Positions 1-11,102 of a stretch of DNA of 64,000 nt are shown here, in pieces. Made by a program: the position numbers and the translations under genes. This DNA comes from a virus: positions 46,999 through 110,998 of the IMG/VR virus record IMGVR_UViG_3300020162_001876. One strand, written 5' to 3'. The stretch's first letter is position 1. Each line of letters opens with the position of its first letter. Below the pieces are notes generated by a model, which saw only the letters and a program-made list of their open reading frames with translations, was not told the origin of the DNA and ran no database searches.

Positions 1-1
1 A

Positions 2-631
2 GAAACAGATCCTAATCAATTAAGTTTTGATTTAGAAGAAAATGAAATGTTAGATGAAATGGCTACATTTTATAAAATCAAACCAGGTATGGAAGATGAA
101 GCTAAAGATGCTATCGCAGCTGAAAAAGCTAAACTAAGACCTGGAACTAATTTTTATAATACTTTAGATTCATTAGAAAATACTGGTGAAGCTGATTATA
201 TAAAATTTAAAAAAGCTACTATTAGCCCTGAACTTCCTCAAGGAAAAGATGTAGCAACTTGGAATAATCCCGCGACTAGAGGAGTATTAGAAAAAGATGG
301 TCCTTTAGCTCAATTTCTTGATGCAGGTTCATCACCTAGCGTTAATAAATCAGGTCGTCCTAAAAGTGAAAAAGGTGAAGAAACAGCAACCCCTAAAGCT
401 CCTACTAAACCTAAAGAAGATAAGATTAAAATTACTACTCCTAAAACCTCATCGACATCAGCTGAAAAATCACCTGCTAAAGAAAGAGATTTAGCTCAAG
501 AAATAAAAGATGCTGAAGCTGAAGTGAAAAAATTAGGAACAGCCGCTTTAAAAAGTCAAGATCCAAAAGATATGGCTAAAGCTAAAGCAGCGACTGCTAA
601 ACTAAAAGCTTTAAGAGCTGAGGTAAAATAA
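2..631 (+). CDS. hypothetical Lys/Glu/Ala-rich protein, 5'-truncated by window edge
   Basis: Frame of ORF 47..631 is open back to position 2; followed by a terminator. Confidence 0.6.
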   Translation, partial: ETDPNQLSFDLEENEMLDEMATFYKIKPGMEDEAKDAIAAEKAKLRPGTNFYNTLDSLENTGEADYIKFKKATISPELPQGKDVATWNNPATRGVLEKDGPLAQFLDAGSSPSVNKSGRPKSEKGEETATPKAPTKPKEDKIKITTPKTSSTSAEKSPAKERDLAQEIKDAEAEVKKLGTAALKSQDPKDMAKAKAATAKLKALRAEVK

Positions 632-654
632 TACTTTATAAAATTAAAGAAAGT

Positions 655-681
655 AGCCTAACATTTACGTTAGGCTTTTTT
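655..681 (+). terminator. intrinsic terminator
   Basis: AGCCTAAC-atttac-GTTAGGCT plus T run. Confidence 0.75.
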
Positions 682-711
682 CTCCTTTATATAGTTATAT
701 AAAAAATTACA

Positions 712-2310
712 ATGAGTGATCAACAACTTCCATTAAAGGAAATCATAAAACAAGAATGGTTAAGATGTCATCAGGACCCAGTTTATTTTATGAAAAAATA
801 TTATTGGATTCAACATCCTCAACGAGGAAGAATTCAATTTAATTTATACCCATTCCAAGAAAAAGTATTACAGCAAATTCAAAAGAATGAGTATACAATT
901 ATTAACAAATCAAGACAGCTAGGTATATCAACATTAGCATCAGCTTATGCTTTATGGTTAATGTTATTTAATAAAGATAAAAACATACTTTGTATAGCAA
1001 CCAAGCAAGAAACTGCTAAAAATATGGTTACTAAAGTACGTTTTGCTTATGATAACTTACCTAAATGGATGAAATCTGGTGAGAAACCAGCTGAGAATAA
1101 TAAATTATCTCTTAAGTTAACTAATGGTTCTCAAATTAAAGCTGTTGGTGCAACAGCAGATGCTGGTAGATCTGAAGCTGTTTCTTTTCTTATTATTGAT
1201 GAGGCAGCGTTTATTGAGGGAATCGATGAGATATTCGCATCAGCACAACAAACCTTAGCAACTGGGGGACAATGTTTAGCGTTATCTACGCCTTATGGTA
1301 CAGGTAATTGGTTTCATAAATCTTTTACTAAAGCCCAAGCTAAAGAAAATAAATTTGTCCCTTTAAGATTACCTTGGACAGTACATCCTGAACGAGATCA
1401 AACTTGGAGAGATGCCCAAGATGAAATTTTAGGGCTTAGACATGCAGCTCAAGAATGTGATTGTGATTTTAGCACATCAGGAGATACTGTTATTGAACCT
1501 GATATGCTTAATTTCTTAGAATCTACTTTTGTAACAGAACCTATTGAAAGACGAGGAATAGATGGATCTTTATGGATATGGGAACAACCTGATTATTCAA
1601 AATCTTATATGGTTGTAGCCGATGTTGCTAGAGGTGATGGAAGTGATTACTCAGCATTTCATATTTTTGATATAGCTGAAGCTAAACAAGTAGCTGAATT
1701 TAAATCTCAAGTAACAACTAAAGATTATGCTCATATTTTATTTTCAATAGCTACAGAATATAATGATGCCTTATTAGTAGTAGAAAATGCTAATATTGGT
1801 TGGAGTGTATTAGAACAATTAATAGATAGAGGGTATAGAAATTTATATTATTCTTCTAAAGCAGATACAACAATGGGTGCTAACGAAAACCAACTAGCAA
1901 GAATGGAAAACGGCCAAGGTATGCTCCCAGGCTTTACTACTTCAATGAAGACAAGACCACTTTGTATCTCAAAATTAGTTTCGTACATTCAAGAAAAATC
2001 AGTTACAATACAATCTAAAAGATTATTAGATGAATTAAGAACTTTTGTTTGGAAAAATGGTAAAGCCCAATCACAAAATGGATACAATGATGACTTAGTA
2101 ATGTCATTCAGTATTGGTTTATTTTTACGTGATACTGCTCTTCGTTTTAGACAACAAGGTTTAGATTTAACTAGAGCTACTTTAGGAAGTTTTCATGTTT
2201 CAAGTCAACAAGCTCCAAGTGTATTCTCATATAATAATCATACAGATAACCCTTACAAAATGGATAATGGGGTAGGAGGAACTGAAGACTTTAGTTGGCT
2301 TCTTGGTTAA
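712..2310 (+). CDS. terL: terminase large subunit (T4 gp17-like)
   Basis: Walker A KSRQLGIST, Walker B LIIDEAA, nuclease motifs ADVARG and NDDLVMS; precedes portal. Confidence 0.95.
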   Translation: MSDQQLPLKEIIKQEWLRCHQDPVYFMKKYYWIQHPQRGRIQFNLYPFQEKVLQQIQKNEYTIINKSRQLGISTLASAYALWLMLFNKDKNILCIATKQETAKNMVTKVRFAYDNLPKWMKSGEKPAENNKLSLKLTNGSQIKAVGATADAGRSEAVSFLIIDEAAFIEGIDEIFASAQQTLATGGQCLALSTPYGTGNWFHKSFTKAQAKENKFVPLRLPWTVHPERDQTWRDAQDEILGLRHAAQECDCDFSTSGDTVIEPDMLNFLESTFVTEPIERRGIDGSLWIWEQPDYSKSYMVVADVARGDGSDYSAFHIFDIAEAKQVAEFKSQVTTKDYAHILFSIATEYNDALLVVENANIGWSVLEQLIDRGYRNLYYSSKADTTMGANENQLARMENGQGMLPGFTTSMKTRPLCISKLVSYIQEKSVTIQSKRLLDELRTFVWKNGKAQSQNGYNDDLVMSFSIGLFLRDTALRFRQQGLDLTRATLGSFHVSSQQAPSVFSYNNHTDNPYKMDNGVGGTEDFSWLLG

Positions 2311-2343
2311 AATCCAAATATTTATAATATATAATAAAATTTT

Positions 2344-4272
2344 ATGGTAGATACTTCATTCTTTGGTAGATTACAAAGATTATTTTCAACAGATGTAATA
2401 ATAAGAAATGTTGGAGGTAATCAATTAAAAGTAATGGATACAGATCGTATCCAACAACTTGGTACTATCCAAACAAACTCACTTTATGATAGATATAATA
2501 AAGTTTATACTACTACAGGTGGACTAAATTTTAATTATAATAATGATTTATCATATCCTACTACACGTATTCAGTTATACACTGATTATGAATTAATGGA
2601 TAGTGATTCAATTATTGCTTCTACATTAGATATATTAGCTGATGAAACTTGTTTAAGAAATGATTTAGGAGAAGTATTACAAATACGATCTTCAGATGAA
2701 ACCATACAAAAAATACTTTATAATTTATTTTATGATGTATTAAATATCGAGTTTAATCTTTGGTCTTGGACTCGTAATATGTGTAAGTATGGCGATTTTT
2801 ATCTTAAATTAGAAATATCAGAGAAATTTGGTGTATATAATGTAATACCATTTTCTTCTTATTCTATTATTAGATTAGAAGGTAAAAATCCTGAAAAGCC
2901 GCAAGAAGTAAAATTCAAATATGATCCAACTTTTACATCTCAACAATCACCATTAGGTCCTCAAGTTATTTCTAATTATAATCGCAATACTAATGAAGGT
3001 ATAATTTTTGATAATTATGAAATGGCTCACTTCAGATTATTATCTGATTTTAATTATTTACCTTATGGTAGATCTTATATTGAGCCTGCTCGTAAAATTT
3101 TCAAACAATTAACTTTAATGGAAGACGCGATGTTAATACATCGTATTGTAAGAGCACCTGAAAAACGTACATTCTTTATTAATGTTGGTAATATTCCACC
3201 TAATGAGGTAGAAAATTACATGCAAAAGACTATTAATAAGATGAAGAAAACTCCGCATATTGATCATCAAACTGGTGAATACAATTTAAAATATAATATG
3301 CAAAACATTCTTGAGGATTTTTACATTCCAGTAAGAGGTGGAGATGCAACTACAAGAATTGAGACTACAAAAGGATTAGAATACACTGCTATAGAAGATG
3401 TTACTTATTTAAGAGATAAATTATTCGCTGCTCTTAAAGTTCCAAAAGCTTATTTTGGATTTGAAAAAGATTTAACAGGTAAAGCAACTTTAGCTGCTGA
3501 AGATATTCGTTTTGTAAGAACTGTAGAGAGAATTCAAAGAATATTAATATCTGAATTAACCAAAATTGCTTTAGTTCATTTATACTCACAAGGATATGAT
3601 GGGGAGTCATTAACTAATTTTGAATTATCATTAACAGTTCCTTCAATTATATATGAACAAGAAAAAGTAGCCTTATTAAAAGAAAAATCTGGATTAGCTA
3701 CTGAATTATTACAAAATAAAATTGTTCCTACTGACTGGATTTATGATAATATTTTCCATTTTAGTGAAGATCAATATGATGAATATAGAGATTTAATACT
3801 TGAAGACGCTAAACGTAAGTTTAGAATAGATCAAATTGAAACTGAAGGTAATGATCCTTATAAAACAGGTGAAGCTTATGGTACGCCACATGCTTTAGCA
3901 TCACTTTATGGTTCTAGTAGATATCCTGGTACAGAAGGTGTGCCAAAAGGGTATAATGAAGATGGTGATACTTATCCTGATCAAGTATTAGGACGTCCTA
4001 AAGAAAGATCATCAAATATTAATACTCAAGATAGTGCTCTAGGTAAAGATAGATTAGGTAGAATTGGAATGAAAAAAGATGATTCTGAATCTAAAGGATT
4101 TAAAACTTCTTATAAAGGTGGTTCTCCATTAGCTTTAGAAAATGTTGCAACACAAGCAATTTATCATCAAATTTCAAATAATTTAAAAAATATGTTCCCT
4201 CAACGTAAAATAAAATTGTATGAAGAGAGCGATTTATTAAATGAAGATAACCTTTTAAAAGAAGATAAATAA
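2344..4272 (+). CDS. portal protein (T4 gp20-like)
   Basis: LMEDAMLIHRIVRAPEKRTFFINVGNIP and EDFYIPVRGG, typical gp20 motifs. Confidence 0.95.
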   Translation: MVDTSFFGRLQRLFSTDVIIRNVGGNQLKVMDTDRIQQLGTIQTNSLYDRYNKVYTTTGGLNFNYNNDLSYPTTRIQLYTDYELMDSDSIIASTLDILADETCLRNDLGEVLQIRSSDETIQKILYNLFYDVLNIEFNLWSWTRNMCKYGDFYLKLEISEKFGVYNVIPFSSYSIIRLEGKNPEKPQEVKFKYDPTFTSQQSPLGPQVISNYNRNTNEGIIFDNYEMAHFRLLSDFNYLPYGRSYIEPARKIFKQLTLMEDAMLIHRIVRAPEKRTFFINVGNIPPNEVENYMQKTINKMKKTPHIDHQTGEYNLKYNMQNILEDFYIPVRGGDATTRIETTKGLEYTAIEDVTYLRDKLFAALKVPKAYFGFEKDLTGKATLAAEDIRFVRTVERIQRILISELTKIALVHLYSQGYDGESLTNFELSLTVPSIIYEQEKVALLKEKSGLATELLQNKIVPTDWIYDNIFHFSEDQYDEYRDLILEDAKRKFRIDQIETEGNDPYKTGEAYGTPHALASLYGSSRYPGTEGVPKGYNEDGDTYPDQVLGRPKERSSNINTQDSALGKDRLGRIGMKKDDSESKGFKTSYKGGSPLALENVATQAIYHQISNNLKNMFPQRKIKLYEESDLLNEDNLLKEDK

Positions 4273-4313
4273 AATTAATATTTATAATTAGTAGTTAACT
4301 ATATATTGAATAA

Positions 4314-5171
4314 ATGGCTAATATAAAGCATAACAAATATAAAAACACTGGAATATTATTCGAATTGCTGGTAAGAAAAATTACAGCAGATACTATGTCT
4401 AGTCATGATTCTAAAGCTGTATCTTTAATTAAAAAGTATTTTGTTAATACTGAATTAGCTAAGGAAAATAAGCTTTACCAATCTATATCTAAATCACAAA
4501 ACATTAGTGAGGCTCAAGCAGAGTCGATTCTTTCAACCATTTTGGAGGTAAGTAAATCCTTAGATAAAACACAATTATCTAAGGAAAAATACAATTTGAT
4601 TAAAGAAATTAAATCAAATTTTGATATTGATGACTTTTTTAAGGCTAAGATTAATAATTATAAATTATTATCTTCAACATATACATTATTAGAGGCCAAT
4701 ATATCTCCTACTAAAAATTTAGAGGATATTCTTAGTTCTAAAATGAATATCCTAGAACATATAGCTCAAATTAATAATATAAACTCACCACTACCTTCTG
4801 TAAGTGAATTTGAAACTTTAGATAAAGGAACTCGTGCGTTAGTTTATAAAATAATGTTAGAAAAATTTAATAATAGATTTAATACTTTATCTAATGATCA
4901 AAAAGATGTATTAAAAGAATATATTAATCATATTTCTAATACTACTAATTTAAAAAAATATGTAGATTCTAAATTTACATTATTAAAAGAATCTCTTTTA
5001 AAATTTCTGCCTAAAATAGAAGATACTACTATTAAAATCAAAGTAAATGAGACAATAAATCTTATTAACCCTATTTTAGAATCTAAAACTCTAAAAGACG
5101 ATAATATAGTTACATTATTACAGTATCAAGAATTATATAGTGAATTAATAAAAATTCATAATGAACAATAA
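4314..5171 (+). CDS. hypothetical head-module protein
   Basis: 285 aa helical ORF between portal and protease, ATATTTAT motif upstream. Confidence 0.6.
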   Translation: MANIKHNKYKNTGILFELLVRKITADTMSSHDSKAVSLIKKYFVNTELAKENKLYQSISKSQNISEAQAESILSTILEVSKSLDKTQLSKEKYNLIKEIKSNFDIDDFFKAKINNYKLLSSTYTLLEANISPTKNLEDILSSKMNILEHIAQINNINSPLPSVSEFETLDKGTRALVYKIMLEKFNNRFNTLSNDQKDVLKEYINHISNTTNLKKYVDSKFTLLKESLLKFLPKIEDTTIKIKVNETINLINPILESKTLKDDNIVTLLQYQELYSELIKIHNEQ

Positions 5172-5832
5172 TTTAAAAGAACTAGTATTAAAACATTTAG
5201 CTGAACTTCTAGATGAAGAATCAGCTTCCAGTGGTGCTGGTGGATATTTAACTAAAGCTTTTGTTAGAAAACCAACTAATCAAGACAAAAATTCACCTAC
5301 AGGGTTTGAAAAAATGCCTAAATCTGGTGATGTTTATAAAAAAATGGGATTTAGAATTATTAAGCCTAATGAAAGAATTGATGCTAAAGATTTATGGAAG
5401 GGACAACATTTAGAAGAAAAAATGGGATACCCTACTCCTAAAGCTTTTAGAAAAATTAAAAAACAACATGAAATTTCTAAATCGGGGCATGAAGATTTAC
5501 CTAACCCTGATAAATACTTTGAACTAGTGAAATTTAAAATAGTTGAACCTGAAAAAGAAAAAAAAGAACCAATTAATGAAGTTCGTTACTCTCAATTTAA
5601 AAATGAAACTAGGACTAGAAAACCTCAAGAGCAATTACATATAGGAATTAAAAAAATTCAACATACTTTAGACGAAGTAAATAAATTAGTTGAGTTTGCT
5701 ACTAGAATGAAAACAGAATTAAAAGGTGATGCCGAACAAATGAATTACTTAAAACGTACTCATAATGCATTAATTAAAATCAATGAAAAAATACAATCAA
5801 TTAACGAAAAAATTAAAGGTTTAACAGAATAA
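5161..5832 (+). CDS. putative prohead core/internal head protein
   Basis: Charged protein with LLDEE/INE-type Glu sites; head module. Confidence 0.5.
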   Translation: MNNNLKELVLKHLAELLDEESASSGAGGYLTKAFVRKPTNQDKNSPTGFEKMPKSGDVYKKMGFRIIKPNERIDAKDLWKGQHLEEKMGYPTPKAFRKIKKQHEISKSGHEDLPNPDKYFELVKFKIVEPEKEKKEPINEVRYSQFKNETRTRKPQEQLHIGIKKIQHTLDEVNKLVEFATRMKTELKGDAEQMNYLKRTHNALIKINEKIQSINEKIKGLTE

Positions 5833-5981
5833 TGGCAGCCGTAAAATCAAAATCAAGTTCTACACCAACTAAAATAGATAAACCTAAAAGAAAAAGACCT
5901 GGTGTTCATTCTAAATCTAAAACTTCTAAGTTAAAAGGTTCTAAGAATTATAAAAAATTATATAGAGGACAAGGACTTTAA
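5832..5981 (+). CDS. small very basic protein (49 aa) ending YRGQGL, not in ORF track
   Basis: MAAVKSKSSSTPTKIDKPKRKRPGVHSKSKTSKLKGSKNYKKLYRGQGL; TAATG coupling to upstream gene. Confidence 0.7.
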   Translation: MAAVKSKSSSTPTKIDKPKRKRPGVHSKSKTSKLKGSKNYKKLYRGQGL

Positions 5982-5995
5982 AAATATTTATACCC

Positions 5996-7282
5996 ATGAC
6001 AGTACAAAATTTATACACGCAATACTTAGATGGTAAGGTAACCAAACAAAAATTTCTTTATGAAGTACGTAGAGATCAAAATCTTACTATGATATCTCCC
6101 AGCAATTCATTTGAAGATGTTGTTAAGATATTAAAAAATAAATCTATTATATCAGAAAAAGCTCATAAAGAAGCTAAACAATCTACTGGAAAGCAAGAAG
6201 TTGATATTATATCTAAAACTATTGATATGGTTAACCCATATGAGTATGCTAATGGTATGGATTATGAATTAGGAATTATAGATGTTCCTGTAACTGAGGG
6301 GGATTTAGATGAAGAAAATGTACTTAAAGTACAGAAAAAAGTATTAGCTAATCTTACTAAAAATCCTTCATATTATACTGAAAAATTGTATGGTAGAGTT
6401 AAATTCGATGGTGATAAAACTATTGAAATTAACAAAAAATCAATGGATGCTATTGGTAAAGGTAAAAATGCTAAAATAATCAGAGAAGGATTAGGAGACA
6501 AACAATACTTTGATGCTCTCCGCAATTCAGATGCAAATAGTATAGAATCTGCTAAAAAAGTTTTAAAAAGAAAATTTAAAGATTTAGGTGATAAGAATAT
6601 AGAATATTTAGCTAAAGAATGGGCTAAAAGAGCATTAGATGAACATGGGCAATATGCTGATAAAGTAGCTGATGTAAACCCACTTTCACAAAATGAATTA
6701 AAAGAAAATTACACTCCATTTTCTATAAATGAAGAACAAGAAGCCGTACTCCAAAGATATGCTGAAGCTACAGGTATACCATTAGACAATTTAAAAAATA
6801 TGGTTGCTGAAGCTAGAGCAAAGAAAGCTAAAAAAGATTATGATGGAGATGGAACAATAGAATTACCTGAAGAAGAATATATGGGGTCTCGTAATAAATC
6901 TATTAAACAATCTATGGCAGAAGATATAGATTTAGGTCATCAAGATAATGAACCTCGTATGATTAAAGGTGAATTATATCAAATAGCTAAACAAGCTACT
7001 GAATTGTACAAAATGATTGATTCCGTAGATAATATGGGAGAAATTGATTTTCCTCATTGGTGGCAGGCAAAAATTGTTTTAGCTAAAAATTATTTAACTG
7101 GAGCTAAAGATTATTTGGATAGTGCTTTAACAGTAGGTAATGAAGAAGGAGAAATGGATGAAGCAGTTGCTTTAAAAGATAAAGCAGGTAATACTCAATA
7201 TGCTAAAGATTCAACTGAAGCTTCAAATATAGAAAGAGCAGCTCGAACTAAAGGTGTAATCTTAACTAAAATGAATGTATAA
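5996..7282 (+). CDS. putative internal head protein, modular
   Basis: 428 aa; KKDYDGDG and WWQAKIVLAKNYL segments; TAATG-coupled to protease. Confidence 0.5.
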   Translation: MTVQNLYTQYLDGKVTKQKFLYEVRRDQNLTMISPSNSFEDVVKILKNKSIISEKAHKEAKQSTGKQEVDIISKTIDMVNPYEYANGMDYELGIIDVPVTEGDLDEENVLKVQKKVLANLTKNPSYYTEKLYGRVKFDGDKTIEINKKSMDAIGKGKNAKIIREGLGDKQYFDALRNSDANSIESAKKVLKRKFKDLGDKNIEYLAKEWAKRALDEHGQYADKVADVNPLSQNELKENYTPFSINEEQEAVLQRYAEATGIPLDNLKNMVAEARAKKAKKDYDGDGTIELPEEEYMGSRNKSIKQSMAEDIDLGHQDNEPRMIKGELYQIAKQATELYKMIDSVDNMGEIDFPHWWQAKIVLAKNYLTGAKDYLDSALTVGNEEGEMDEAVALKDKAGNTQYAKDSTEASNIERAARTKGVILTKMNV

Positions 7283-7899
7283 TGAGTAAATCATTATTAA
7301 TAGAATACGCCTTATTTACACCTAAATCAACAGTATTAACTGAAGGTAAAGGTGATAGAAACTTAGTAGTTCAAGGTGTTATTCAAAGAGCAGATGCTAA
7401 AAACCAAAACGGTAGAATTTACCCTAAAGATATTTTAGCACGTGAAGTTGAAAAATACATTGAAGGGCCTGTATCTGAAAACAGAGCATTAGGTGAATTA
7501 GATCACCCAGAATCAATGGTAATTAATTTAAAAAACGTATCTCATAACATCAAACAATTATGGTGGGATGGAGATGATTTAATGGGTAAAGTAGAAGTAT
7601 TACCAACACCTTCAGGTAACATCTTAAAAGAATTATTCTTAAATAAAATTACAGTAGGTATTTCTTCCCGCGGTATGGGTTCAGTTCAACCATTAGGAGA
7701 AGGTACAGTTGAAGTACAAGACGATTTCGAACTATTATGTTGGGATTTTGTTTCTACACCATCAACACAAGGGGCTTTTATGACTCCAACAGGATTAAGC
7801 GAAGGATATAAACCACAACATACAAGCAAATACTCAAAAATTAACTCACTAGTATCAGACATTATCTGTTCTCAATCAGGTATATGTTGTATTAGATAA
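7282..7899 (+). CDS. prohead core protease (T4 gp21-like)
   Basis: NQNGRIYP, ALGELDHP, VSH, GISSRGMGS, DFVSTPS. Confidence 0.95.
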   Translation: MSKSLLIEYALFTPKSTVLTEGKGDRNLVVQGVIQRADAKNQNGRIYPKDILAREVEKYIEGPVSENRALGELDHPESMVINLKNVSHNIKQLWWDGDDLMGKVEVLPTPSGNILKELFLNKITVGISSRGMGSVQPLGEGTVEVQDDFELLCWDFVSTPSTQGAFMTPTGLSEGYKPQHTSKYSKINSLVSDIICSQSGICCIR

Positions 7900-7916
7900 C
7901 CTTAAAAAAAATAAAC

Positions 7917-8159
7917 ATGGAAAACTTTAACTTTAAAAAATATCTTTCTGAAAGTAAATTATTAAAAGAGGATTTACAAAGCGACTTATTGTTAGCTAAT
8001 GATGGACCTTTAGGAACATTTGGAGTAATACAGAGAGCTATAGAAATGGCAGCTAGTAATAAAGTATCAACAGAAGAGTTATCAAACGCACTATATGAAG
8101 CCCTAACTGAAATAGGAGCTCTCACAGATGTAGAGATCCCGTCAACAGAATTCCGATAG
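7917..8159 (+). CDS. small putative internal head protein
   Basis: N-terminus MENFNFKKYLSE resembles that of ORF 49374. Confidence 0.55.
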   Translation: MENFNFKKYLSESKLLKEDLQSDLLLANDGPLGTFGVIQRAIEMAASNKVSTEELSNALYEALTEIGALTDVEIPSTEFR

Positions 8160-8203
8160 AATAAAAATTCTCTCTTAATTTTACCTAATTATTTTAAAAA
8201 ATC

Positions 8204-8232
8204 AAGCGCTTCCTAAAAAGAAGCGCTTTTTT
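8204..8232 (+). terminator. intrinsic terminator
   Basis: AAGCGCTTC-ctaaaaa-GAAGCGCTT plus T run. Confidence 0.75.
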
Positions 8233-8350
8233 ACTTCTCCTTATATATTTATGGATATCTCAATGATAGATTATCTCAATATAATCTCCCTCATAATCAA
8301 AACATTCTATATTACTTCCTAATAAGTAATCAAAACAATCACAAATTATT

Positions 8351-9289
8351 ATGGCAAACGAAAACACTAAAATTTTTAGTGAAGCAATCGCTGAAGCAAA
8401 AGCTATTAGAGAAACCGCAATGGCTAATGCTAAATTAGCTCTTGAAGAAGCTTTCGCTCCTCGTATCCAAGAAATGATGAACAATAAACTTGCATCATTA
8501 TCTGAAGATGAAGGAGAGATAGAAGAAGAATTTAAATCATCTAATGGAGCTATGCCTGGGACTGATTCAATGGAAGAAATTTCATTAGAAGAGTTACTAG
8601 CAGAATTAGAAGGTCTTGAAGAAGGTCAAGAAGAAGAACAACCAATAGAAGAAAACGAACTTTTTGAATTCGAAGAAGAAGATACAGTAGCTGAAATTAC
8701 AGTTGAAGATCTTAAAGATATCGTTAGAGAAGTAGTATCAGATTTATTAGGAGGTTCAGAAGAAACAGACGAAGAAGAAATGGCTGGCGAAGATGGAGAA
8801 ATGGATGGAGAAGAAGAAATAACAGATGAAGAAGATGAATTAAGTTTAGAAGAAATTTTAGCTGAACTTGATTTAGAAGAAACTTATGCTTATGATGATG
8901 TTCCTGAAGACAATCCAGATGATATTGAAGATGATAAAGAACTTGAAGAAGCTATGTCAACTATTGCGGAATTACGTTCTGAACTTAACGAAGTTAATCT
9001 TTTAAATTCTAAATTACTTTATGTTAACAAGTTGTTTAAATCTAAAAATTTAACAGAAGCTCAAAAAATAAAAGTTATTAACGCTTTTGATAGAGCTGAA
9101 ACAGTTAAAGAGTCTAAAAACATCTATGAAACGTTACAAGAATCATTAACAGCTACTCAAATTAAGAAGAATCCAATTAAAGAATCTCTTTCATTTGCTT
9201 CTAAACCAGCAGGGGTCGCTGATAGAAAACCAATCGTTGAAAATAACGATTTTATTGCAAGAATGCAAAAACTTGCAGGAATTATTTAA
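8351..9289 (+). CDS. prohead scaffolding protein (gp22-like position)
   Basis: Extremely acidic coiled coil immediately upstream of capsid gene; C-terminal RMQKLAGI. Confidence 0.8.
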   Translation: MANENTKIFSEAIAEAKAIRETAMANAKLALEEAFAPRIQEMMNNKLASLSEDEGEIEEEFKSSNGAMPGTDSMEEISLEELLAELEGLEEGQEEEQPIEENELFEFEEEDTVAEITVEDLKDIVREVVSDLLGGSEETDEEEMAGEDGEMDGEEEITDEEDELSLEEILAELDLEETYAYDDVPEDNPDDIEDDKELEEAMSTIAELRSELNEVNLLNSKLLYVNKLFKSKNLTEAQKIKVINAFDRAETVKESKNIYETLQESLTATQIKKNPIKESLSFASKPAGVADRKPIVENNDFIARMQKLAGII

Positions 9290-9325
9290 AAAATTAAAAA
9301 CAACAAAAATTAAAAAATTAAAAAC

Positions 9326-11008
9326 ATGTCAAATTTAGTAAATTCACTATTAGAGACTGCTAACCCATATACATCTATTCAAAAAGATGCAGCTAGATTA
9401 GCTGGAAAATGGGGTAGATCAGGTCTTTTAGAAGGTATTTCTAATGAAACTGATAAGTCTAACATGGCTATCATCTTAGAAAACCAAGCAAAACAATTAG
9501 TAGTAGAGTCTTCAAACACAGGTACTGGAGCATCTTTTACTGCGGGAACAGGTGAGCAATATGCAGCTGTAGCATTACCATTAGTACGTAAAGTATTTGG
9601 TCAATTAGCTGCTAAAGAATTTGTTTCTGTTCAACCAATGAGCTTACCAGCTGGTTTAGTATTCTTCTTAGATTTCCAATATGGAACTGATGTAGCTCCA
9701 TTCTCAACAGCAGCAGGTACTAACTCAATGTACGGTAATAACTCAGCTAACTTCGGTAACGAAAGAGCAGGTGGTTTATATGGTGCAGGTAGATTCGGAT
9801 ATTCATCTAACCAATTCTCAGGATCTCATGCAAGTGGTACAATTGGGCAAGCTGCTTCAACAAAAGCAACTCTTACATGTACAACAGCTTCATGGAGTGA
9901 TATTTCTTTTGATGCTGATTTATCTGGTTCTGTAGCTGCAGGTACTATTAAAGCTTTAACATTACCAACTTCAAGTATTACAAGTTGTGATGTAAACGCT
10001 ATTCGTGCTTTTGCAGTAAGTGGTTCAGGTGCTTTCACACCAGCTAAACAATTACCTCAATTTACACAATTAAATTTAGTTCCTGGTAATATTACTTATT
10101 TCTTTACTGCTTCTCAAGCTGAGGTTACAACAGCTGTAGCTGCTTTAACTACTATATTCTATAGTAAACAAACTGCTGATAACGCAAGAGGTGACTTCGA
10201 AGATGCTTCAGGTGCTGGATATCCAAACGCTGAATCATCTACTGAGATTAAAATTCCTGAGATTAACGTTCAAATGAGATCAGAAGCTATTGTTGCTAAA
10301 ACAAGAAAATTAAAAGCTCAATGGACTCCAGAATTCTCTCAAGATTTAAACGCTTTCCATTCATTAGATGCTGAAGCTGAATTAACTTCTATCTTATCAG
10401 AGTACATCTCATTAGAGATTGATCTTGAAATCTTAGATATGTTAATCCAAAACGTTCCAACTAACCAAGTTGAAGTATGGTCGGCTAAAATTGGTAACCA
10501 ATTAGTGAATGGTACTATGCAATCAAACACATCAGGTGCTTACTACACTCAAATGTCTTGGTTCCAAACTTTAGGAATTAAATTACAAAAGATTTCTAAC
10601 ATTATTCACCAAAGAACTTTAAGAGGTGGTGCTAACTTCATGGTAGTATCTCCAACTGTAGCTACAATCTTAGAATCAATCCCAGGATTCGCTGCTGATA
10701 CAGATGGTGATGTAACTAAAGCTTCATACGCGTTTGGTGTTCAGAAAATCGGTGCTTTAAACTCTAGATATAAAGTTTACAAAAACCCTTACATGTTAGA
10801 AAACACTATCTTGTTAGGATTTAGAGGTAACCAATTCTTAGAATCAGGTGCTGTTTATGCTCCATATGTTCCACTTATCATGACTCCATTAGTGTATGAT
10901 CCAAATACTTTCACTCCTAGAAAAGGTATCATGACTCGTTACGCTAAGAAAATGGTAAGACCAGAATTCTATGGTAAAGTATTAGTAGCTGATACTAACA
11001 TTATCTAA
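9326..11008 (+). CDS. major capsid protein (T4 gp23-like)
   Basis: VSVQPMSLPAGLVF, AKTRKLKAQWTPEFSQDL, YAPYVPL, FTPRKGIMTRYA. Confidence 0.97.
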   Translation: MSNLVNSLLETANPYTSIQKDAARLAGKWGRSGLLEGISNETDKSNMAIILENQAKQLVVESSNTGTGASFTAGTGEQYAAVALPLVRKVFGQLAAKEFVSVQPMSLPAGLVFFLDFQYGTDVAPFSTAAGTNSMYGNNSANFGNERAGGLYGAGRFGYSSNQFSGSHASGTIGQAASTKATLTCTTASWSDISFDADLSGSVAAGTIKALTLPTSSITSCDVNAIRAFAVSGSGAFTPAKQLPQFTQLNLVPGNITYFFTASQAEVTTAVAALTTIFYSKQTADNARGDFEDASGAGYPNAESSTEIKIPEINVQMRSEAIVAKTRKLKAQWTPEFSQDLNAFHSLDAEAELTSILSEYISLEIDLEILDMLIQNVPTNQVEVWSAKIGNQLVNGTMQSNTSGAYYTQMSWFQTLGIKLQKISNIIHQRTLRGGANFMVVSPTVATILESIPGFAADTDGDVTKASYAFGVQKIGALNSRYKVYKNPYMLENTILLGFRGNQFLESGAVYAPYVPLIMTPLVYDPNTFTPRKGIMTRYAKKMVRPEFYGKVLVADTNII

Positions 11009-11032
11009 GAATAACGATTCTTAATATTAAAG

Positions 11033-11061
11033 AGACCTAGCGAAAGCTAGGTCTTTTTTTT
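11033..11061 (+). terminator. intrinsic terminator after capsid gene
   Basis: AGACCTAGC-gaaa-GCTAGGTCT plus T run. Confidence 0.85.
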
Positions 11062-11102
11062 ATTACTTATTAATATTTATAATAAATTAAAACAATAAAA
11101 AA